Of a DNA stretch of 64,000 nt, positions 56,011-64,000 are shown in pieces (position 1 is the stretch's first letter; each line of letters opens with the position of its first letter). A program made the position numbers and the translations under genes. Below the pieces are notes generated by a model, which made no database searches, was not told the DNA's origin, and saw nothing but the letters and a program-made list of their open reading frames with translations. This DNA comes from Eledone cirrhosa (Eukaryota), in contig OZ024745.1 of the NCBI GenBank assembly GCA_964016885.1, positions 96,720,001 through 96,784,000 of the forward strand, given 5' to 3'.

Positions 56011-56493
56011 CACAATACTAATATAGACATATAGATACCATACACTAGTAACAAATAAAAATAAACTGACTGGTGACTGATTTGTGTCTCTGCGGTAATG
56101 TTTAAATCAATAAGATAGACCCTACCTACTAAATTGAAGCAGCAACACACACCAACGTCAATTCTACTTGATCATGAAAGGCTGAAGCTGTCTAAATAAT
56201 GATAGATTTCGGAACTTTACTTCTCCAAACAAACTGCAAATATGAAACTATGAAAAAAAACCCACTTAAAAAAAACAACACATCACCCAACATGGCCTCA
56301 GCCCATCGGCTGGAACACGTAATGGAATAATTCAATACATAGTCATGTTTTCAATACAACACATATGTAGTTCATGATTTCACATGCTTTCTTAACACAC
56401 ACACGTACACACACATACATACATACATACATACATACATACATACATACATACATACATACATACATACATACATACATACATACATACATA

Positions 56494-57355
56494 CAGAAAA
56501 AGTTGTGCTTTACAGAAAAAGTTGTGCATGGATACTTGAGGCGTAAAACACAGACCATAGAGGGGATAAACCACTCAAAAAGCCTGGCATGGAGTTCCGA
56601 CAAGTTTATGAGATCACACCTTGAGGGATATCTCTATGCAATACAGGAACAAGAACTCCCTACCAAATATCTGCTGCACAAAAGAGGAGGGCCAGCAGCT
56701 GACAATAAATGTAGGCTATGTAAAACAAAGATCGAGGATGTAAGCCACATTGTTGCCAGCTGCGAAAGAATGTCATCTCGCTACTACCTCCCCATGAGAC
56801 ACGATGGGATAGCTAGAACCATCTGGAACGCACTTCGGAAAACAACATTAACAACAAACGAGGAAGAATATATTGAGACAGATGGCACTAAGGAATACTG
56901 GTGGAACCTGAAAATAAAAACTGCCACCAAATTAAAGCACAACCGGCCTGATATTGTTTGGGACCACACATTGAAAACGTGTTCTGTTGTGGAGATCAGC
57001 TGCCCACTTGATGTAAACGTTGTCAGAAAAATACAGGAGAAGGAGGACATCTACGGACTATTGATGAGGAGTTTACAAATCCAGTATCCAAGATACACCT
57101 TTAGCTTCATACCCATCATTATTGGAGCTACGGGTTATATAGCAACCCGCTTGGACCAAAGTATGACTGAACTTGGATTTGCGGACAAAAAGCGCAGATC
57201 CCTAATTCATAGTCTACAAATGGCTGCGATAGCTGGCACCTTCAAAATTTGCAAAACATTCTTGCGATTCAAGGGATGACAATTTCTTTTCTTTTACAAC
57301 CTTGCCACGAGGAAGGTTGCCGGTCAAAAAAATATACTCGAAATTAAGAGAAAGA
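56494..57355 (+). mobile_element. 3' end of an R4/Dong-like non-LTR element (restriction-like endonuclease)
   Basis: AIQEQ, CRLC..EDVSHIVASC, RHD, NRPDIV..VEISCP..K..Y; flanked by (TACA)n. Confidence 0.88.
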
Positions 57356-57496
57356 GATAACATACATACATACATAGATACATACATACATACATACATA
57401 CATACATACATACATACATACATACATACATACATACATACATACATACATACATACATAGATACATACATACACACATATATACATACATATGCA

Positions 57497-58075
57497 GGCA
57501 TAACAGACCAGATATTATGATATAGGATAGGGAAAAGAAAGCATGCACAGTAGTGGAAGTTAGCTGTCCAGCAGATGCCAATATAATATCAAAGATTAGC
57601 GAAAAAGAGAATATTTATGCAGAACTGATGAGAAATCTGCAGATACTCCACTCTGACTATACCTTCAGATTTATACCTGTGATTATTGGGGCACTGGGTA
57701 TGTTAGTAACTGCCTTAATACAAATCTTGAGAAGCTGGGCTTCACAGAAAAAACACAACTAGTTAGGAAATTACAAGTACAGTCCATTAATGGAACAGTA
57801 AAAATATGTAAAACATTCCAAAAATGTTGCCTCTAATAACTGCATATACACATGTACAGATACAAAGCATATGCACATGCACACATTCAACTCAAAACAT
57901 CCGCATCCACACATACAATAACATCCATACCTACACACACATGCATGCAGACATGCAGACATATCTACCTAGTTGATGTTGTGTAAATTCCACTGAGAGA
58001 GTCTTGTAACTATGTTAGAAACCGACTCTCTCTCTTTTTTTCCAAAAATTTGTGAAATTATAAAACCAGAAGAAT
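57497..58075 (+). mobile_element. Second R4/Dong-like 3' fragment
   Basis: HNRPDIMI*DREKKACTVVEVSCPADAN..FIPVIIGALG; flanked by (TACA)n. Confidence 0.8.
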
Positions 58076-58695
58076 ATACATACATACATACATATATACA
58101 TACATGATGGCTGCCCCCTCGTTATCGATATAACATTATTAATAATTATCAATTAATTCTATCGTACAATGCTTGTGCGTGAAGATTTTTTTTAAAGTGA
58201 GGAAAGACTGTGCACTGAGCCAATCCCACTCTCTGAGCGACAATATCTATAACCCGAAAAGAGGAAGAGATCAACATCATCGGTAACTACTGAGCCGCAG
58301 GTTTTATGTCGGAGTTATCCCAGTTTCCTGAGTTGCTTCTCCTAGAAGAATGCCCTGACAAAGGCTAGGGGTCCTTCACCGCACGATCGGGTATCCAGCC
58401 CGATTATTTCCATGTCCCAGCACATATACGTACACATGTATATACATATTTACACATTTTGGGATGGCCATTGACTCTTATGAGTTCTTCCATCTTTTGT
58501 CTGGTTTTGTTTTTTGTCCTGCGGAGTATCCAAAATCCCCCTCCTTACCAAGTAAACTTGGTGGGGTTGCCGGTTTAGTCGTCGACGATCCGAACATGCG
58601 ACAGGTTGTACTGGGTTACATGCTACCAGTAGCACTCAAGAGTGACCCGACATTAACATACATACATACATATATATATACATACACACACACAC

Positions 58696-58726
<31 letters not shown>

Positions 58727-58924
58727 CATACATACATACATACATACATACATACACACACACTTACATACATACATACACACACTTACATACATGCAGA
58801 CATACATGCATACATACATACATACATACATACATACATACACACACTTACATACATGCAGACATACATACATACATACATACATACATACATACATACA
58901 CACACACTTACATATATACGTTCA

Positions 58925-59210
58925 CGTCAATTGATAATGGAGAATAGAATGGAATTATAATGGAGAGAAAAATCACTCCTCGATTACTATCCGACAAGGT
59001 TCGATGGAGAAAAAATACACCAAAATGAAAGTCTACAATATCTCAGACTATCTACAGACTAAAAGAAGAACCGGAAGGATTGATTCTCAGAGCACAAAAA
59101 CAATGTCTGACCACAAATAACTATATAACAAAATCATTAAAGTGGATCCTAACACCAAATGCAGAATTACAACTAACAAAATAAGACTATCGACTACATC
59201 ATCTCCGGCT
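58925..59210 (+). pseudogene. Degenerate R4-like fragment
   Basis: LKEEPEGLILRAQKQCLTTNNY resembles the ETEG..AQDQ region; follows a (TACA)n tract. Confidence 0.5.
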
Positions 59211-59263
59211 ACACACACACACATACGCCCCCCCCCCCTCACACGCACACACGCACCCCCCTC

Positions 59264-59296
<33 letters not shown>

Positions 59297-59441
59297 TTGA
59301 AAAGGGAAGTATGGTTCTATACAAAACAGTGGTTATAGATAAAAGGTGAAGTTGGAAGTCGCACGTGCTATTTCCAAATTCACCTTTTCTTTCTCTCTTT
59401 CTCTCTCTCTATATATATATATGTGTGTGTGTGTGCATGAA

Positions 59442-59534
<93 letters not shown>

Positions 59535-59681
59535 AACCAGTAAGACCCCGACGGCTGAGCTCAAGTCGTTTCGACGGCTAATTACCCACTCTACTACCCT
59601 AAGTATTGAGTACTTTGGTGCGTTATGGTCCACCTGGTTCCTTACCACATTTCCTTCGTTATATATATATATATATATATA

Positions 59682-59847
59682 TGTCCCAAGGCTCTGATAC
59701 CATCAACACTATAAACACAGAGCTGGCATATCTAAGAACTGACTAACTGCCTGATGAGGTCATAGCCATTCAATGGCTATCATCGAAATATATATAGCAG
59801 TAAATAAAGGATTATGAGTTCATGCAATTGACTTATGTTTCGTCACT
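59682..59847 (+). mobile_element. About 170-bp solo element with an intact HHR at 59746-59801
   Basis: ACTGC CTGATGA GGTCATAGCCAT-TCA-ATGGCTATCATC GAA ATATATAT A GCAGT; between (TA)n tracts. Confidence 0.82.
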
Positions 59848-60169
59848 ATATATATATATATATATATATGGTGGCCAAATGTCTTGCTTTAAGAAAGAAC
59901 AGTCCTGCTTTTCAATTCTTTCATTTGTCCTGCGCTACCTCAAGAGGCACTTTAAATTGTCCTTGTATTGGGACCCTGTCTAAAAAAGAATTATATAAAT
60001 TGCCTAATATTTTCTTTCTTAATCATTGTCTTGAAGTATTCTTAGAAACTATTGAAGCACTAGAAACCAAGATATTTAGTATAACTTCATTATTGAAGCT
60101 AAAATCTCAACTGAAAAGAAACTTGGAACACGAGTAAAAGCCTGTTTGTTTCTTTTCTAATTTTTATAG

Positions 60170-60838
60170 TTACCTAGGAAATGTGAAGCAGATGCCTGGT
60201 TATTCTATCCCAGAGATACCTAGGAAATGTGAAGCAGGCGTCTGGTCACTTTATCCCAGATATACCTAGGAAATGAGAAGCAGGCGTCTGGTCACTTTAT
60301 CCCGGATATACCTAGGAAATGAGAAGCAGGCGTCTGGTCACTTTATCCCAGATATACCTAGGAAATGAGAAGCAGGTGTCTGGTCACTTTATCCCAGATA
60401 TACCTAGGAAATGAGAAGCAGGTGTCTGGTCACTTTATCCCAGATATACCTAGGAAATGAGAAGCAGGCGTCTGGTCACTTTATCCCAGATATACCTAGG
60501 ATATGAGAAGCAGGTGTCTGGTCTCTTTATCCCAGATATATCTAGGAAATGAGAAGCAGGCGCCTGGTCACTTTATCCCAGATATACCTAGGAAATGAGA
60601 AGCAGGCGTCTGGTCACTTTATCCCAGATATACCTAGGAAATGAGAAGCAGACGTCTGGTTACTTTATCCCAGAGTTACCTCGGAAATGTGAAGCAGACG
60701 TCTAGTGAGTTTATCCCAGATATACCTAGGAAATATGGAGGAGACGTCTGGTCACTTTATTCCAGATTTACCTAGGAAATGTGAAGGAGATGTCTGGTGA
60801 GTTTATCCCAGAGATACCTAGAAAATGTGAAGCAGATT
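60170..60838. repeat. 46-bp minisatellite (about 14 units)
   Basis: TACCTAGGAAATGAGAAGCAGGCGTCTGGTCACTTTATCCCAGATA. Confidence 0.93.
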
Positions 60839-62320
60839 TCATTGTTTTCTATGAAAGAGTTTAACACGATTTCTCTAAAAGCTGCTTTCATCTCAAAGTA
60901 TCGAAATTGTGTTTATCAAGTATCATACCATTTGGAGAATTATGTGTTGAAGTCATTGCATATAACGTTCAAATTATTGATATAGATGAATTATGTGGAG
61001 AGTATGGCATTGTGTAGGTAATTATCGATACACCTAAGATGATAGACACAGACACTATCTGAAGTTATTCAGTATATCTGGGGTTCCTTTCACAAAACTG
61101 AAGGAGATATGTACTTTTCTCTTTTCCATTCCATGCAGCAATGCCCACACAGAACGATTTTTTTTTTTTTTTTTTTTTTCAATGATGACCTCAGCTTGAA
61201 AAAATGAAGGAAACCATCTGTAAGTGAACTCAGTCAAGGCAGAGTTCCAAACCCGTTACTACTTTTCAGAAAAGAGGCTAGACATGTATAGAAAATTCCT
61301 GTCCATCAAAACATTCTTGGAGATGGCAAGAAAGGCAAAGAGATTTCTTTTAAAAGAAGAAAGAGATAAAAAATAAACATACATGGTAAATAGGTTACAT
61401 CCTTTAGCTTGTGAAGCAAGTTAATTTGGTTAGCATATGTTATTCCAGCAAAGATAAAAATGAATACTCATTTCTTTATTTTTACTGAATGAATACATTT
61501 ATGTAATATATACGCTGTATTTTAAAATTCCATTCAAGGCAAAATATCACAAAATACCATTCATTACATTATAGTAATATTTCGCAAATCAATTTTTTGT
61601 GTATTTGCTACGGTCTTTATATACTTCAATTTATCTATAAAATATTTAATTTAAATTAAATATCAATGCTTAAGACTAGTAATTTGTTAGCAATTCTAGT
61701 TCGTAATTTATTTATTTCGAATATTATGAAGTAAAATGTATATTTATTATATGTATATTACAAAAGTACCAATAAAGTACCAATAATGTACGGGGTAATT
61801 GCTGGCCTTGTGCCTAAATTAGAAACAATTATATGTATATTACAAAAATGAATAAAAATGTCGTTTGAGAGAAATTACAGACACGCACGATATCGTCTAC
61901 AATGAAAGCTCCAGGATAAATTCCCAGCTATTAATAATATAAATTCAGGAGCGAATGACATATGTATATAAAAATATACCTAAAAATACAGGAGACAATT
62001 TTCGTTTTGGCCAGTTTTTAGATTTGCTTAGTGGTGCAGGTGCCTATGGATTAGATCTCTCTTCCTCGCTGATTCCAAGGTGAAACATAGCTTTATTGCC
62101 ATTAAGGAATTAAAGTACTGTTTGAATTTTTTGCTAAACTATCTATACTGTTTCATTTTCAGTTGATATGGTCTTACATTTTTTGCAAATTGTCTTCTGT
62201 ATTGTTTGATGTATTTCTATATGTCATACTCTCTTGAATGAATATATATATATATACGTTAGAAAGTGGGGTTATTTTATCAAAATGAAAAATAACCGAG
62301 GTGTCCTACACGAGTGAAAG

Positions 62321-62612
62321 TATAAAGAAAAAGAGATGAAATCGAAAATGCAACTGGAGTCTTATTTAAAAAAATATATATATATATTTATTTGGTTCCT
62401 TTACCGGTTTCGCTGTTCTTCTGCTTTTCAAAAGGTGAGTTGATCAAAAGGTGAGTAGATCTGTGGTTTTTCTCACAAAAACCACAGACCCTCCATCTCA
62501 ACTCACCTTTTGAAAAGCAGAAGAACTGCGAAACCGGTAAAGGAACCAAATAAATATATATATATTTTTTAAAAATAAGACTCCAGTTGCATTTTCGATT
62601 TCATCGCTTTTT

Positions 62613-62618
<6 letters not shown>
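62321..62618. repeat. Fold-back element with a minimal U3-A8 HHR on both strands
   Basis: + 62506-62543: CCTT TTGAAAA GCAG-AAGAA-CTGC GAA ACCGGT A AAGG; mirror at 62398-62435. Confidence 0.78.
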
Positions 62619-62689
<71 letters not shown>

Positions 62690-62729
62690 CAATAACAAAG
62701 AACGCCTATAGCATATGCATATCTTTACT

Positions 62730-62775
62730 TGCTAACATTGTTTCATCCGCACTATAAGTGGGACTCATCAGAGCA
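62730..62775 (-). ncRNA. Type I hammerhead ribozyme, probably a PLE pLTR
   Basis: TGCT CTGATGA GTCCCACT-TAT-AGTGCGGAT GAA ACA-A-TGT T AGCA; next to a long AT-rich tract. Confidence 0.68.
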
Positions 62776-62869
62776 TAAAGGTTAATTACATACCACACAA
62801 GCAATAACAAATCCAAGACATTGAAGAAATAAAGAATGAAAAATAATAAAAGATAAAAGATATTGAGGA

Positions 62870-63475
62870 AGTAAAAATAAAAATAAAGATAAAAATAAAA
62901 ATAAAAATAAAAATAAAAATAAAAATAAAAATAAAAATAAACATTGAAAAATAAACAATGGAAAATAATTGAAAAATAATTGAAAAATAAGGGGTGCTAT
63001 CAGTCACAGTTGGGCGGGGTGCTATCAACATATAGTTACATACAAGCATACACATGGATAAGAGAACAGACAAGAATAGATAAGATAGATAGGATTAGGT
63101 AAGAGTAGATAAAAAATAGGTGAAAAATAGGTAAAAAATAGACTTATAATATATATAAGAAAATATTTAAAAAAAACATACATATAGAATATAAAATATA
63201 CAGATAATAGTGATACAGGGTAAGGAATGAAATAAAATAGAATAAAATAATATAAAATTAAAATTAAAATTATATAAAATAGAATATAATATAATATAAT
63301 AATAAAATAAGATAAAATAAAATAAAATAAAATAAACTAAAATAAAATAAAATAAACTAAAATAAAATAATATAATATAAGATATAATTAAATAAATAAA
63401 ATTAAATAAATAAAATTAAATAAAATGAAATGAAATGAAATCAAATAAAATAAAATAAAGTAAATTGAGATAAGA
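62870..63475. repeat. (AAAAT)n-like A-rich low-complexity tract
   Basis: Seen directly. Confidence 0.85.
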
Positions 63476-64000
63476 TATATATTTTTTTAGAATATATTTC
63501 TTGAATATATCAGGGGCCCACGAAGGCACTAAGTGTCACAGTTATCAGTATCACTTGACCATTGCAATGCAATGGAGACGTCCCAGGTTGGGCAGTCTCA
63601 AAAGTTCACTCGAAAGTCACGGGTGTGCATTCACACAGTTGAGCGGTGGGGTAATCACAAACCGGTTCACACCCGGGCAGGAGTCCAATGGTCAACAGAG
63701 GTACATCGAAGGAAGGTAGGAGAATTCACGTGCAGCAGCAAGAGGCAGACAGGTGGGCCGAAAGCAAGCAGGTGCAGGCGGGCTAGCCGAAAGCAAGCAG
63801 ACACAGTTGGGTCAGGCGGGTTAATATGCATACTCAACAGCGCATACAAAAGATATATAAAAAATAGCTTCAAGAGCCAATATCATGAAGTCCCCGCATT
63901 GGGACATCTCAAGATTATACACACCACTATGTTCAGCACGTATATGCACATATACACACCACATGCATATGCAGAGACGGTATACATATATATATATTTT

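Noticed and set aside
60960-62230. Possible host exons in unique sequence
   Set aside because: No recognisable protein motifs or consistent splice structure
63501-63930. GC-richer segment with a repeated GCCGAAAGCAAGCAG
   Set aside because: No recognisable ORF or RNA fold could be established

Overview
AT-rich, microsatellite-dense eukaryotic DNA with no host gene exon that I can support. The repeat content resembles a cephalopod (Octopus-like) genome, which is an inference. Identifiable elements: several Penelope-like retroelements (PLEs, including Naiad-type RT/GIY-YIG copies), a Tx1/L1-type LINE cluster, R4/Dong-like and RTE LINE fragments, a decayed Gypsy LTR element, a DD37D maT transposase, a second DDE transposon, tRNA-derived SINEs, and minisatellites of 51, 46, 42 and 34 bp. 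The ORF track does not show the main signal: by manual folding I count about 29 type I hammerhead ribozyme (HHR) motifs, some degenerate, in roughly ten sequence families, many with self-complementary stem III. They include two ORF-less retrozyme-like tandem arrays (about 317 bp and 429 bp units, each with an inverted block) and several fold-back elements carrying an HHR on both strands. Two families use the U3-A8 core variant. All structures were read by eye; no folding software or database search was run.
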